NCBI RefSeq assembly: GCF_045037415.1
Contig: NZ_CP173438.1
Direction: 5' to 3' (one strand)
DNA length: 64,000 bases
Source: Escherichia coli
GTDB taxonomy: Bacteria > Pseudomonadota > Gammaproteobacteria > Enterobacterales > Enterobacteriaceae
A model generated the notes under the pieces. It saw only the letters and a program-made list of their open reading frames with translations, did no database searches and was not told the origin of the DNA. This document shows, one piece after another, positions 34,277-46,415 of the stretch. Made by a program: the position numbers and the translations under genes. How positions within the stretch are numbered: the first letter of the stretch is position 1; every line of letters begins with the position of its first letter.

Positions 34277-35956
34277 GTGAACAAAATATTTTCCTCACAT
34301 GTGATGCCTTTCCGCGCTCTGATCGACGCTTGCTGGAAAGAAAAATATACTGCCGCACGGTTTACCCGTGACCTGATTGCCGGGATAACCGTCGGGATTA
34401 TTGCTATCCCGCTGGCGATGGCGTTGGCTATTGGTAGTGGTGTGGCACCCCAGTACGGTTTATATACCGCAGCTGTTGCGGGGATTGTCATTGCTCTGAC
34501 GGGAGGGTCACGCTTTAGCGTTTCCGGTCCGACTGCGGCATTTGTGGTAATTCTCTATCCCGTTTCGCAACAGTTTGGACTGGCAGGACTGCTGGTTGCG
34601 ACCTTGCTGTCGGGGATCTTTTTGATTCTGATGGGGCTGGCACGCTTTGGTCGCCTGATTGAGTATATTCCGGTTTCCGTCACCTTAGGTTTCACCTCGG
34701 GTATCGGGATCACCATCGGTACCATGCAGATTAAAGATTTTCTCGGTCTGCAAATGGCCCATGTCCCGGAACATTATCTACAAAAAGTCGGCGCATTATT
34801 TATGGCGCTGCCGACCATTAATGTGGGTGATGCAGCCATTGGCATTGTGACGCTTGGCATTCTGGTTTTCTGGCCGCGTCTGGGCATACGTTTACCCGGC
34901 CACCTTCCGGCCTTGCTGGCTGGTTGCGCGGTGATGGGGATTGTTAACCTGCTCGGCGGACATGTTGCTACCATCGGTTCGCAATTCCACTACGTCCTGG
35001 CCGATGGTTCTCAGGGTAACGGTATTCCGCAACTGCTGCCGCAACTGGTGCTGCCGTGGGATCTGCCTAATTCAGAATTCACGCTAACCTGGGATTCTAT
35101 TCGCACACTGCTGCCTGCGGCATTCTCAATGGCAATGCTCGGCGCAATCGAATCTCTGCTCTGCGCCGTGGTGCTGGATGGTATGACCGGGACGAAACAC
35201 AAGGCGAACAGCGAACTGGTTGGACAGGGACTGGGGAATATTATCGCTCCGTTCTTTGGTGGCATTACCGCTACAGCTGCCATCGCGCGTTCTGCCGCTA
35301 ACGTCCGTGCCGGGGCAACTTCCCCTATCTCGGCGGTGATCCACTCTATTCTGGTTATTCTTGCCCTGCTGGTACTGGCACCGCTGCTCTCCTGGCTGCC
35401 ACTTTCCGCCATGGCAGCCCTGCTGTTGATGGTGGCGTGGAACATGAGTGAAGCGCACAAAGTGGTCGACTTGCTGCGTCATGCACCGAAAGATGACATC
35501 ATCGTCATGCTGCTGTGCATGTCGCTGACCGTGCTGTTCGATATGGTTATTGCCATCAGCGTGGGGATCGTGCTGGCATCGCTGCTGTTTATGCGTCGTA
35601 TCGCACGTATGACTCGCCTGGCACCGGTAGTCGTAGACGTTCCAGACGATGTCCTGGTTCTGCGCGTTATTGGCCCGCTGTTTTTTGCTGCCGCTGAAGG
35701 CTTATTCACGGACCTGGAGTCACGTCTTGAAGGCAAACGGATTGTGATTCTGAAGTGGGATGCCGTTCCGGTACTTGATGCTGGTGGTCTTGATGCGTTC
35801 CAGCGTTTTGTGAAGCGTCTGCCCGAAGGATGTGAACTGCGCGTGTGCAACCTGGAATTCCAGCCACTGCGCACTATGGCTCGCGCAGGCATTCAACCGA
35901 TCCCGGGACGCCTCGCATTCTTCCCGAATCGTCGCGCGGCGATGGCGGATTTATAA
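34277..35956 (+). CDS. dauA: C4-dicarboxylic acid transporter DauA (SulP family, STAS domain)
   Basis: 559-aa polytopic ORF with a C-terminal STAS-like domain. Confidence 0.9.
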   Translation: MNKIFSSHVMPFRALIDACWKEKYTAARFTRDLIAGITVGIIAIPLAMALAIGSGVAPQYGLYTAAVAGIVIALTGGSRFSVSGPTAAFVVILYPVSQQFGLAGLLVATLLSGIFLILMGLARFGRLIEYIPVSVTLGFTSGIGITIGTMQIKDFLGLQMAHVPEHYLQKVGALFMALPTINVGDAAIGIVTLGILVFWPRLGIRLPGHLPALLAGCAVMGIVNLLGGHVATIGSQFHYVLADGSQGNGIPQLLPQLVLPWDLPNSEFTLTWDSIRTLLPAAFSMAMLGAIESLLCAVVLDGMTGTKHKANSELVGQGLGNIIAPFFGGITATAAIARSAANVRAGATSPISAVIHSILVILALLVLAPLLSWLPLSAMAALLLMVAWNMSEAHKVVDLLRHAPKDDIIVMLLCMSLTVLFDMVIAISVGIVLASLLFMRRIARMTRLAPVVVDVPDDVLVLRVIGPLFFAAAEGLFTDLESRLEGKRIVILKWDAVPVLDAGGLDAFQRFVKRLPEGCELRVCNLEFQPLRTMARAGIQPIPGRLAFFPNRRAAMADL

Positions 35957-36010
35957 GTACGAGATTGACCAGTCAGCGCAAACTGACTGGTCAGCAAACT
36001 GCATTATTTG

Positions 36011-36289
36011 TTAGCTATGACGGCGATTATCGCTACGGCGGCAACGTTTGTCATAGTGGCGAACCCACCAGTAACGGTCGCACACCTGTTCATGCCCGCC
36101 AACACGGGCACCCGCCAGCCAGAGAATCGCACCGACGAAAATACTTAGCACAGCACCATGTGCGAAATACTGGGGCATATTAAACTGTGGTAACTGGTTG
36201 AGGATTGAATACCCCACGCCGACCACCATTACCACCAGACCCAACCCCATGAGCACGTTACCGAGTAACGAAGCGTTTTTGCGTTTCAT
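36011..36289 (-). CDS. ychH: small inner-membrane protein YchH
   Basis: 92-aa ORF with two hydrophobic segments, convergent with dauA. Confidence 0.8.
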   Translation of the reverse strand: MKRKNASLLGNVLMGLGLVVMVVGVGYSILNQLPQFNMPQYFAHGAVLSIFVGAILWLAGARVGGHEQVCDRYWWVRHYDKRCRRSDNRRHS

Positions 36290-36566
36290 ATGTCACCTCC
36301 GGAACTTTCTGGGTTGTAACAGGGAATACCCCTCTTCCTTATGTGTAAAGTATAGACAACACCCTGTGGGTTATGTGCGGGTGTGATCACAATTACAACC
36401 CTTATTTCAACAAAACTTTACAAATAAACGCCTGAACACCTTGACTTTCTAATAGTCCACTTAGGCAATAATTGCATTATCTGCATTTGATACGCAGTTT
36501 TTTGTCAAGCGGGGCCGCAACCAGTAAACTACGCGCCAGTTATGTACACACTCAGGACAAAAAAAC

Positions 36567-37151
36567 GTGACGATTAAATTGATTGTCGGCCTGGCGAACC
36601 CCGGTGCTGAATACGCCGCAACGCGACATAATGCTGGTGCCTGGTTCGTTGACTTACTGGCAGAGCGATTGCGCGCTCCGCTGCGCGAAGAGGCTAAATT
36701 CTTTGGTTATACTTCGCGAGTCACCCTTGGAGGCGAAGATGTCCGCCTGTTAGTCCCGACTACATTTATGAATCTCAGCGGCAAAGCCGTTGCGGCGATG
36801 GCCAGTTTTTTCCGCATTAATCCGGACGAAATTCTGGTGGCCCACGACGAACTGGATCTGCCTCCTGGCGTCGCCAAATTTAAGTTGGGTAGCGGTCATG
36901 GTGGTCACAATGGACTGAAAGACATCATCAGTAAATTGGGTAATAACCCTAACTTTCACCGTTTACGCATCGGAATCGGTCATCCGGGCGATAAAAATAA
37001 AGTTGTCGGTTTTGTGTTAGGCAAACCGCCTGTTAGTGAACAGAAGTTAATTGATGAAGCCATCGACGAAGCGGCGCGTTGTACTGAAATGTGGTTTACA
37101 GATGGCTTGACCAAAGCAACGAACCGATTGCACGCCTTTAAAGCGCAATAA
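36567..37151 (+). CDS. pth: peptidyl-tRNA hydrolase
   Basis: 194-aa [38 protein letters not shown]. Confidence 0.95.
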   Translation: MTIKLIVGLANPGAEYAATRHNAGAWFVDLLAERLRAPLREEAKFFGYTSRVTLGGEDVRLLVPTTFMNLSGKAVAAMASFFRINPDEILVAHDELDLPPGVAKFKLGSGHGGHNGLKDIISKLGNNPNFHRLRIGIGHPGDKNKVVGFVLGKPPVSEQKLIDEAIDEAARCTEMWFTDGLTKATNRLHAFKAQ

Positions 37152-37267
37152 GTCGTTGTCTGCGGCATTTTTGCCGAGTGCCGTGTATAATAGGCAAAGT
37201 TATTTCCATTTCTGCAATCTGTTAGCAATAACAGGTTGATTATTAAGATATTAAGGTGATTTAAATC

Positions 37268-38359
37268 ATGGGATTCAAATGCGGTATCGTCGGTTTGCCC
37301 AACGTCGGGAAATCTACCCTGTTCAACGCGCTGACCAAAGCCGGTATTGAAGCGGCCAACTTTCCATTCTGCACCATTGAGCCGAACACTGGCGTCGTAC
37401 CAATGCCTGACCCTCGCCTGGATCAACTGGCTGAAATCGTAAAACCGCAGCGTACACTTCCCACGACCATGGAATTTGTCGATATCGCCGGTCTGGTAAA
37501 AGGCGCATCGAAAGGCGAAGGTCTGGGTAACCAGTTCCTGACCAACATCCGTGAAACCGAAGCGATCGGTCACGTTGTTCGCTGCTTTGAAAATGACAAC
37601 ATCATTCACGTTTCCGGCAAAGTTAACCCGGCGGATGATATTGAAGTTATCAACACCGAACTGGCGCTGGCGGATCTCGACACCTGTGAACGTGCGATTC
37701 ATCGCGTACAGAAGAAAGCCAAAGGTGGCGATAAAGACGCGAAAGCCGAGCTGGCGGTACTGGAAAAATGCCTGCCCCAGCTGGAAAACGCAGGTATGCT
37801 GCGCGCGCTGGATTTAAGCGCTGAAGAGAAAGCGGCTGTTCGTTACCTGAGCTTCCTGACGCTAAAACCAACAATGTACATCGCCAACGTCAACGAAGAC
37901 GGTTTTGAAAACAACCCGTATCTTGACCAGGTGCGTGAAATCGCAGCGAAAGAAGGTTCTGTTGTAGTTCCGGTTTGTGCTGCTGTTGAAGCAGACATTG
38001 CCGAACTGGACGACGAAGAGCGTGACGAGTTTATGCAGGAGCTTGGGCTGGAAGAGCCGGGCCTGAACCGTGTGATCCGTGCCGGTTATAAGCTGCTGAA
38101 CCTGCAAACTTACTTCACCGCTGGGGTGAAAGAAGTGCGTGCATGGACCATTCCGGTTGGTGCAACCGCGCCGCAGGCAGCGGGCAAAATCCATACTGAT
38201 TTTGAAAAAGGCTTTATCCGTGCACAAACCATCTCGTTTGAAGATTTCATCACTTACAAAGGTGAACAAGGCGCGAAAGAAGCAGGCAAAATGCGTGCAG
38301 AAGGCAAAGATTACATCGTTAAAGATGGCGATGTGATGAACTTCCTGTTCAACGTCTAA
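37268..38359 (+). CDS. ychF: ribosome-binding ATPase YchF (Obg-family)
   Basis: 363-aa [43 protein letters not shown] (G1 motif). Confidence 0.95.
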   Translation: MGFKCGIVGLPNVGKSTLFNALTKAGIEAANFPFCTIEPNTGVVPMPDPRLDQLAEIVKPQRTLPTTMEFVDIAGLVKGASKGEGLGNQFLTNIRETEAIGHVVRCFENDNIIHVSGKVNPADDIEVINTELALADLDTCERAIHRVQKKAKGGDKDAKAELAVLEKCLPQLENAGMLRALDLSAEEKAAVRYLSFLTLKPTMYIANVNEDGFENNPYLDQVREIAAKEGSVVVPVCAAVEADIAELDDEERDEFMQELGLEEPGLNRVIRAGYKLLNLQTYFTAGVKEVRAWTIPVGATAPQAAGKIHTDFEKGFIRAQTISFEDFITYKGEQGAKEAGKMRAEGKDYIVKDGDVMNFLFNV

Positions 38360-38418
38360 ATTAAATCTGCTGTCTCATGAGGTTTCACTGAATCTCATAA
38401 GAACCGTAAAACTCTATA

Positions 38419-38445
38419 AAATCCACGCAATTGCGTGGATTTTTC
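38419..38445 (+). terminator. rho-independent terminator of ychF
   Basis: Perfect hairpin ATCCACGCAATTGCGTGGAT followed by TTTT. Confidence 0.8.
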
Positions 38446-38490
38446 ATTTCGCAATGTCTCAATTCATCTCATAACAACGCTGTCAAAAAT

Positions 38491-38541
38491 GAGTACATGG
38501 ATGAGTACAACATTCTTCCATCTTCATTTTAAGTGAGTACA
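38491..38541 (+). repeat. three direct copies of GAGTACA (ATGAGTACA / GTGAGTACA) upstream of the integrase gene
   Basis: Copies at 38491-38497, 38503-38509 and 38535-38541; candidate arm-type integrase-binding sites. Confidence 0.5.
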
Positions 38542-38573
38542 ATAACGGTATAATAAATAAACAAGGCCCCGTT

Positions 38574-39749
38574 ATGCTCACTGATACGCAATGCCGCACT
38601 GCTAAGCCGAAAGAAAAACTCTATCGACTTAATGATTTCAATGGTCTCTACCTCGAAGTGAAACCCAATGGTAAAAAGGCATGGCGCTATCGGTTTAAAC
38701 TCAACGGTAAATCCAGCATGTTTGCGCTGGGTGAGTACCCGACGGTAAAACTTGCCGAAGCTCGCGAGAAATGCGAGCAAGCGCGTAAGCAAGTCGCAGA
38801 TGGAGTTAGCCCAACACAGGCTCGTCAGTTAGATAAGATCCGCAAGGTCAACGACGCATCCAACACCTTTGAGCTAATCGCTAAAGAATGGTTGCAGATG
38901 AAAGACTGGGCCGGAATTACCAAAACGCGGCGACTGGATATGCTTGAACGTGTGGTTTTTCCCGCCATCGGTAAGCTCCCTGTCAGAGAGATCACTCCAC
39001 ACCATATACTTAAAATTCTTCAGGAAACCGCTAAACGAGGAGCACCAACAGTTGCCGCTGAAGCCCGTCGCACCATTTCATCAGTTTTTGAGTTGGCAGT
39101 CGCGACGCTTAGAGCTGATAGCGATCCCGTATGGCCTGTGCGCAAGGCCCTTCCGGCTAATAAGACACAGCACAAACAGGCACTAAATCCCCAACAAATC
39201 GGAAAGTTACTAAGCTGTTTTGACAATAGTCGTGGCTCGTATCAGGTTAACTATTGCATGTGGCTTATGTGGTGGACATTGGCGCGTCCTGCAGAAGCCA
39301 CCGAAGCAGAATGGACAGAATTCAATCTTGATAACGCCCTATGGACTATTCCGGCAGCGCGAATGAAAGCCCGCAGAGAACACGTTATTCCCCTACCCTT
39401 CCAAGCTGTCAAAATGCTCAGAACACTACAGGGATTAACCGGGCATCGGCAGCACCTTTTCCCGGGCAGAGACAATCCGCTAGGTCCAATGACATCGCAC
39501 TCACTGCGCCAGCTACTTAAAAGCCTCGGCTGGAGTGGTACATATAGCCCACATGCAACCCGGACCACAGGAAGTACCCGTTTAAACGAGTTGGGCTATC
39601 GACCTGATGCTATTGAGGCCCAACTTGCGCACGCTGATACCAACAATGTTCGTCGCACATACAACCATGCAACTTATCTTGATGAGCGTAAAGTGATGAT
39701 GCAGGAATGGGCTGATATGTTGGACAAATGGGTAGCAGGATTCAAGTAG
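38574..39749 (+). CDS. int: P4-type tyrosine integrase
   Basis: 391-aa ORF; N-terminus MLTDTQCRTAKPKEKLYRLNDFNGLYLEVKPNGKKAWRYRFKLNGK is the typical P4-family arm-binding domain; C-terminal catalytic motifs (HSLRQ, HATRTTGSTRLNELGY); first gene after ychF. Confidence 0.9.
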   Translation: MLTDTQCRTAKPKEKLYRLNDFNGLYLEVKPNGKKAWRYRFKLNGKSSMFALGEYPTVKLAEAREKCEQARKQVADGVSPTQARQLDKIRKVNDASNTFELIAKEWLQMKDWAGITKTRRLDMLERVVFPAIGKLPVREITPHHILKILQETAKRGAPTVAAEARRTISSVFELAVATLRADSDPVWPVRKALPANKTQHKQALNPQQIGKLLSCFDNSRGSYQVNYCMWLMWWTLARPAEATEAEWTEFNLDNALWTIPAARMKARREHVIPLPFQAVKMLRTLQGLTGHRQHLFPGRDNPLGPMTSHSLRQLLKSLGWSGTYSPHATRTTGSTRLNELGYRPDAIEAQLAHADTNNVRRTYNHATYLDERKVMMQEWADMLDKWVAGFK

Positions 39750-39859
39750 AACTTGCTGCACAAAGTGAACCACGAGGATAGAACTTATTCCTCAAGGTTC
39801 TGGAGTGCCCCCAAGCCCGTAGACAAATCTGCCCTATAGTTTGAGCATAGGAGGAGTCT

Positions 39860-40144
39860 ATGGGCACACCACGATTTACCCCAGAGTTTAAGGAAGAAGC
39901 TGTCCGTCAGGTCACTGAACGGGGCTATTCCGTTGCCGATGTTTCTGAACGCCTCGGCGTATCGGCTCACAGCCTTTATAAGTGGGTCCGGTCAGTCAGA
40001 CCGGATAACAGCGGGCATCAGGCGCAGGATTTACTGGATGCGCGGACGGAGATTCTCAGGCTTAAAGCGCAGCTTAAACGTACTGAGGAAGAACGGGATA
40101 TTCTGAAAAAGGCAGCGCGGTACTTTGCAAGGGAGCCCGACTGA
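39860..40144 (+). CDS. IS3-family transposase OrfA (HTH)
   Basis: 94-aa ORF MGTPRFTPEFKEEAVRQVTERGYSVADVSERLGVSAHSLYKWV; an A-rich slippery-like sequence near its 3' end fits an orfAB -1 frameshift. Confidence 0.85.
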   Translation: MGTPRFTPEFKEEAVRQVTERGYSVADVSERLGVSAHSLYKWVRSVRPDNSGHQAQDLLDARTEILRLKAQLKRTEEERDILKKAARYFAREPD

Positions 40145-40191
40145 AGTACCGCTTCATCAACGATCACCGTGAAATCTGGTCGATCGTAACA

Positions 40192-40546
40192 ATGTGTCGG
40201 GTTCTGAAGGTCGCCCGTGCGGGATTTTACGTCTGGCTTCATCGCCCTGTTTCTGCCGGAGAAAAGGATAATCAGCGGTTGCTGGAGCTCATCCGCGATG
40301 CTTATGCACTGAGCGGCGGAGTCTACGGTTATCGCAGGGTTCACGGCGATCTTCGTGAAATCGGTGAAGTATGCAGCAGAAACCGTGTTGCCAGAATCAT
40401 GAAGCGGAACAGGATACAGGCCGTACATGGCTATAAGGTCCCGCGTGGCGTCAGGGGAAGGCCGTCACTGATAGCTCCTAATCGCGTACAGAGGGAATTT
40501 ACGATGGTAAAACCCAACCAGGTGTGGGTGACTGATATTACCTACA
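40192..40546 (+). pseudogene. IS3-family transposase OrfB, 5' exon (interrupted by the group II intron)
   Basis: Reading frame through ...KPNQVWVTDITY ends at the intron 5' boundary at 40547; the last residues of the 139-aa ORF in the track are intron-encoded. Confidence 0.75.
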
Positions 40547-42815
40547 GTGTGCCCGGAGTTCAGGGCGGGCATGGATGCTTAAATGAACCGCGAGTCTGTC
40601 TGGAATATTGAGCCGGTAACTCACGATGAGAAACCCAACAATCCCACCGGGTGTGACGGTGGAGAACCTGAGCGGCAGTGACCTGCGGCATGCCCGCAGG
40701 GTGATGTAACCCGCTGACAACGGGGATTGAGGCGAGATCACTAAGCCGAGATGATCCTCAAGGTTAAGTACTGAAAGGCTGAAGAACATGAACCCGTTAA
40801 TCCGCCTCTGTGGGTTGAAAACGTCACCACGGCCTACGTGATCTGACAGGCCGTGCAGGAGGAACTGGCAGTGATACGTAAGCACTGCCGGTCGAAGGTG
40901 TTTTGACATGTATGCGAAACACCGGGGCAGCAGCGTCTATCACGCTTGCGTTGCTGACTTCTGCCAACTTGCGGCAAGCAAGGATAAAGAGTGCGACGGG
41001 CAGCCTCCTCAGTATGCCTGAGTCCAGGCAGGTAAACCGGGGAAGGTCAGCGACGGATGTTAAGGGGGCATGGCTCCGATGACGCGCTGGCTGGCGGAGC
41101 TTCCGTAGTAGTCCGCGATGGGGAAAGCCCATTACATGGCGAAGGGAAGCAGTTTGAATGTGTTTGCGACGTGAATTAACTGACCTAACGAGGTGAAGAC
41201 CTTTGATAATCAGCGAAATGCAACGCAAGCTTGCCACATGGGCAGTCACCGATCCGTCCCTACGGATTCAACGGCTGCTGCGTCTGATAACACAACCAGA
41301 ATGGCTGGCTGAAGCGGCGCGGATCACGCTTTCATCAAAGGGGGCCCATACCCCCGGCGTTGATGGCGTGAACAAAACAATGCTACAGGCCAGACTGGCT
41401 GTTGAGCTGCAAATCCTCAGGGATGAATTACTCTCAGGCCACTACCAGCCCTTGCCCGCCAGACGGGTTTACATCCCTAAAAGCAACGGCAAACTGCGAC
41501 CACTGGGTATCCCCGCGTTGCGGGATCGTATTGTTCAGCGGGCCATGCTGATGGCGATGGAGCCGATATGGGAGAGTGATTTTCATACGCTCTCATATGG
41601 CTTCCGGCCTGAGCGCAGTGTCCACCACGCGATCCGCACGGTGAAATTACAGCTCACAGACTGTGGTGAAACCCGGGGACGCTGGGTGATTGAAGGCGAC
41701 CTGTCCAGTTACTTCGACACCGTACATCATCGACTGCTGATGAAGGCTGTACGCCGCAGGATCAGTGACGCACGTTTCATGACTCTGCTGTGGAAAACCA
41801 TCAAGGCGGGACATATCGATGTCGGTCTCTTTCGGGCGGCCAGTGAAGGTGTGCCACAGGGCGGTGTTATATCGCCGCTATTATCGAACATCATGCTGAA
41901 TGAGTTCGATCAATACCTGCATGAGCGCTACCTGAGCGGGAAAGCCAGAAAAGATCGGTGGTACTGGAATAACAGTATCCAACGGGGCCGAAGTACGGCG
42001 GTCAGAGAAAACTGGCAGTGGAAACCCGCGGTGGCGTACTGCCGCTATGCCGATGATTTTGTCCTCATCGTCAAAGGCACCAAAGCACAGGCGGAAGCCA
42101 TCAGGGAGGAGTGTCGGGGTGTGCTCGAAGGCAGTCTGAAACTCAGGCTGAACATGGATAAGACTAAAATCACCCATGTTAATGACGGCTTTATCTTTCT
42201 GGGGCACAGGATCATTCGCAAACGCAGTCGTTATGGCGAGATGCGAGTGGTTCAACGATCCCGCAGGAGAAAGCCAGAAACTTCGCCGCATCGCTGACAG
42301 CACTGTTATCAGGCAACTACAGTGAAAGCAAAGTCGATATGGCTGAACAACTCAACCGAAAACTGAAAGGCTGGGCCATGTTCTATCAGTTCGTTGATTT
42401 TAAGGCCAAAGTCTTCAGTTATATCGACCGTGTCGTGTTCTGGAAGCTGGCTCACTGGCTGGCCCGCAAATACCGTACAGGTATCGCTTCCCTGATGAGG
42501 TGGTGGTGTAAATCACCGAAACCGGGTCAGAGCAAAACGTGGGTTTTATTTGGTAAAACCAATCACGGCAAGCTCAGCGGCGAAATACTGTACCGGTTGG
42601 TGGGGCAAGGCAAGAAGCTGTTCCGCTGGCGGCTACCCGAAGGTAATCCCTATCTGAGGACGGAGACCAGAAACACGTATACATCGCGCTTTACAGAAGT
42701 GGCAATGGCGTTCGCCAGCATTTAAATGGAGAGCCGGATGCGCTGAAAGGTGCACGTCCGGTTCGGGGAGGAGAGGCAGGGAAATAGTCCGACTACGCCC
42801 TGCCTCTTACTCTAC
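40547..42815 (+). mobile_element. group II intron (2269 bp) inserted in IS3-family orfB
   Basis: Starts GTGTG (GUGYG-like) and ends ...CTAC (AY); removing 40547-42815 restores a continuous OrfB reading ...VTDITYIRTWQGWLYLAVVIDLF...; encodes an RT/maturase. Confidence 0.8.
41203..42725 (+). pseudogene. group II intron-encoded reverse transcriptase/maturase, frameshifted between the RT and X domains
   Basis: RT-domain ORF 41203..42297 (motifs RPLGIPALRDRIVQ, YADDFVLIV) and maturase-domain ORF 42339..42725 (LNRKLKGWAMFY) are in different frames; the X-domain frame stays open upstream through ...STIPQEKARNFAASL, placing the shift near 42250-42260. Confidence 0.75.
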
Positions 42816-43264
42816 TCCGCACCTGGCAGGGTTGGCTGTATCTGGCGGTGGTTATCGATCTTTTTGCCCGTAATGTGGTGGGCTGGTCGATGAAACCAAC
42901 GCTGTCGCGCGAGCTGGCACTGGATGCGCTGCTGATGGCAGTCTGGCGGCGTAAGCCTGCAGAAAACGTCATAGTGCACAGCGATCAGGGCAGTCAGTAT
43001 GGCAGTGATGACTGGCAGCGGTTCTGCAGGGCCAACAATCTGGCGCCGAGTATGAGCCGTCGTGGCAACTGCTGGGATAATGCGGTGGCAGAATCGTTCT
43101 TCAGTTCACTGAAAAAAGAGCGCATCAGAAAGCGGATATATAAAACCCGGGACATGGCCCGGGCGGATATCTTCGATTACATTGAAGTGTTCTACAACCG
43201 GACCCGGCGCCACAGTCATCTGGGTGGCGTCAGCCCGGAGGCCTTCGAAAAGGCCTCACCGTGA
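42816..43264 (+). pseudogene. IS3-family transposase OrfB, 3' exon (DDE catalytic core)
   Basis: ORF ...LYLAVVIDLFARNVVGWSMKP...HSDQGSQYGS...WDNAVAESFF is the typical IS3 OrfB C-terminal region. Confidence 0.8.
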
Positions 43265-43870
43265 GGACAGAAACTGTCTACCGGAATGTGGTCACTCCAC
43301 TTGAGTCGTCTTGCTGTACTCCTTTGGCCAATCCATTTAGCTCTCCAACGTGATGTTTTCAACGGTAACAAAAGTAACAATATAACATGCAGTCATTTCA
43401 ACGATCTCAGTGTTACCACCCATTTTGAGCAATCATATCAAAGTAACAAAAGGGGAATATTGTGTGGTTCATCGCTGAAAGCAGGCTAAGATCACCTGCC
43501 GGCTATGCATATCATGAAAGTGCTAAATGTCCCGTCTTGTTTATCAACCGAGATAAGCTGTAATTGACTGAGTGGCTCCCCTTAATGCTTTTTCTCAATC
43601 AACAGATATGGATGGGACCAGTCAGTGACCTCTTTATATGAAAAAAACCCATCGTGCTCCAGTGCGCAAACGCCCTTATGACTGGCAACGTAATCGTAAA
43701 CAGCCCGGCTTTCCAGTCCCTGTAACATGTGCGAAAGCAGCTTTCGGCGCATCACATCTGACTTCCTGCGTTTACTGTCAACAACGGGTAATAAAGTGAT
43801 CCACTAACCGTCACCACCAACGGTTTAATATTGATCCACCTTGTTTACTCAGGATTAGCTTCAGGTATAA

Positions 43871-44177
<307 letters not shown>

Positions 44178-44339
44178 CTATGAAGTGGATAGCTGTAGCA
44201 GCAGGTCCGCTGTTGTGAAGCGAACCTTGATGCCTGCCCGTAGCGGCGGACGCCCATGGCACAGGTGCCGCAGGCGAGCATGCGTTCAACGGAGAGTCGG
44301 GTCCATTAGCTGATGCTGTCAGCGTATTTTTCGAGGAAT

Positions 44340-44543
44340 TTATGTAAGAAGCGTCAAAATGAAAGCGCCAACTAATAATGACAGAATTAATAAAATACCA
44401 GTAAGCGCGTATGCTATACCTTTTCCAATCTCGTTTTTTATGGTACGTCCAATTGAATAAAGGATTAAAGATACCGATAGCAAAACTATCAAAATAAAAC
44501 CATACACTAACGCTGCAAGTGGGCCTGGGTTACTCATAATCAT
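44340..44543 (-). CDS. hypothetical small membrane protein
   Basis: 67-aa ORF with two hydrophobic helices; coding status uncertain. Confidence 0.3.
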   Translation of the reverse strand: MIMSNPGPLAALVYGFILIVLLSVSLILYSIGRTIKNEIGKGIAYALTGILLILSLLVGAFILTLLT

Positions 44544-45019
44544 CCTTTATGTTTGAAAATATTCTTATTAATACTATGCTGCTTCCTGTCTGATTCTTTT
44601 GGTAGTAATGCTGATGGGAATTTGCAATCACATCTCTCCATGTGTACATATCAGTAGAGAAAATACCTGAAAGTGGTCTCCAGAGGGGCCGCATAATGGG
44701 TCAACATGGTAAATCTTTACCAAGTTTTGATGCTCCGGAAACGCTTAAGGGCCGTAAAATAGAATGGGAATACGAAAATCTCACCCACGGCAACAAGGCA
44801 TACAACGGATACGTGACGGCCATTCTTAACTGAAATGAAGATAGCGATAATCAGGATGGCTAAAATAAAAAACGCAGGTATCAAAATCATTCCCATGACT
44901 CACGCCCCAGTGAAGTAACATATTATTCACAAATAGATTATTTCCCCGCCTCAGCTTAAACGCCTCTGTTGTAACAGTTTATCAACACCGTGAACTATGC
45001 AACTGTGCTTTTTTATGGC

Positions 45020-46415
45020 TTACGCCGCACCGTCCTTTTTAACTTCTCGCCAGATTCGCCATGCCATAAACGCCAGAACGGCAACGCCAAGTATTAACGC
45101 CCCCCACACCAGCAGCGTTTTCCACTGACTTTGTTGTTCGGCTGCCGACGTCGCCGTTAGTCGCAATTCACCGCCGAGAGTTACGCTCTCCTGCGGTATA
45201 GCCCACGGCAGATTATCTATCTCCTGCGTTTTACGCAGCGACGCAGGGATCAACATATCGAGTCCAACATCGGCCTTTTTCGCCGCCCGGTTTCCCCACG
45301 CCAGCATGTAAGGACCTTTGCCTTGCGTGTTAAAAACCAGTTGATAACTGTCGCGCGCACCGCTCAATGCTGGCAATGCCTCCGGCAATCGCGCATTAAT
45401 TGTACGTATTCGAACAGCCTCAACTAACTGGCCAGGAAGACGAATATCTTCTGAACGCTTCCCGTCCAGGCGATACAACACCGTTTTTGTCAGTGACTGC
45501 CAGGGTTCTTTTTCGCCGCTGCGCCAGACCAGTTCCACCGGTAAAACGCCTTCATTTTCCAGATCGATCCGCAACGATGTCAGGGGCTGCGGCTGTGTCC
45601 ATCGCCAGACGGCTTCATCATCCGACACCTTATCCGCCCGAGCGCCAATCACAATACGTTCGGACTCCGGCTCATTACTGTCAGCAATAGCGCTCACGCT
45701 GTTTAACGTCAGTGCCGGGCTTTGCGAGTTGAGGATCACCAGCAGGTAGCGATTTCCTTCAAGTGACAATGTCAGGTTGGTGCTGATGGCGTCCATTTTC
45801 AGACGATCGCTATCCCGCGTCAGATCCATTAACGGCGCATCTTCCTGCACGGGTCGCCAGTAGCGTAAATCACGGCTGACATAAACCGAGGCTTTCCCCT
45901 GCCAGTTGCCCGTCGGCGTCCCCCAGTTCAGACGCAATTGCGTCAGTGAAAGAGAGTCTTTCCTCTCTTCCGGCAACGTCAGTAAATAGCTCTGCCCGAG
46001 CGCAGTGACATCATCGCTTTGCAAATGAATTTCAATACCGTTTTTTGAACGTAAAACAACAGCATCCCCACTACGTTGACCCTCATCACGCGGCGGAACC
46101 GGCGACATATCAAGCGGGAAAAGACGCAGAGCCACTGTCTCTGGCGTAACGGTCTGGGTTTTCTGCGCCACCAGCGCAAACGGCACCATATCCCCCAGAT
46201 GGTTAAAAACCCGCACATCGCGCAAATCCGGCCATGCAGTGCTCTGATACACCACCTGCGGCAGCGAAATGCGATACCAGGGCGAATGCCCCCGTGGTTT
46301 CCAGCGCGACGCCTGTTGCGTAGTCCGTTGGCGCTTCCTTCACTTCATCGCTGCTGACCGCCGCGCCCGCAGTACTCAGTAGCACGCTGCATAACACCGC
46401 TTTCATCCATTTCAT
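45020..46415 (-). pseudogene. secreted/membrane-anchored protein (DUF3999-like partner of the upstream membrane protein), frameshifted in a G5 run
   Basis: Signal-peptide start MKWMKAVLCSVLLSTAGAA at 46415 overlaps the upstream stop (ATGA); the frame shifts near a G5 run (about 46286-46297) into the 411-aa ORF 45020..46255, which ends with a C-terminal TM helix. Confidence 0.55.

Larger units (their letters stand above)
39801..43299 (+). mobile_element. IS3-family insertion sequence (about 1.23 kb without the intron) carrying a group II intron in orfB
   Basis: Imperfect terminal inverted repeats TGGAGTGCCCCCAAGCCCGTAGACA (left, 39801) and TGTCTACCGGAATGTGGTCACTCCA (right, ending 43299); contains orfA and a split orfB. 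Confidence 0.8.

Noticed and set aside
36980-37702. 240-aa minus-strand ORF spanning the pth-ychF junction
   Set aside because: Antisense to pth and ychF and spans their intergenic region; no motif.
40192-40611. 139-aa ORF as an intact IS3 OrfB
   Set aside because: Its C-terminal residues (SVPGVQGGHGCLNEPRVCLEY) are translated from the 5' end of the group II intron; the real OrfB frame ends at 40546 and resumes at 42816.
44642-44833. 63-aa plus-strand ORF (MYISVEKIPESGLQRGRIMGQHGKS...)
   Set aside because: Isolated short ORF with no ribosome-binding context, motif or partner gene, in an IS-decay zone; kept out of the feature list as probable noise.
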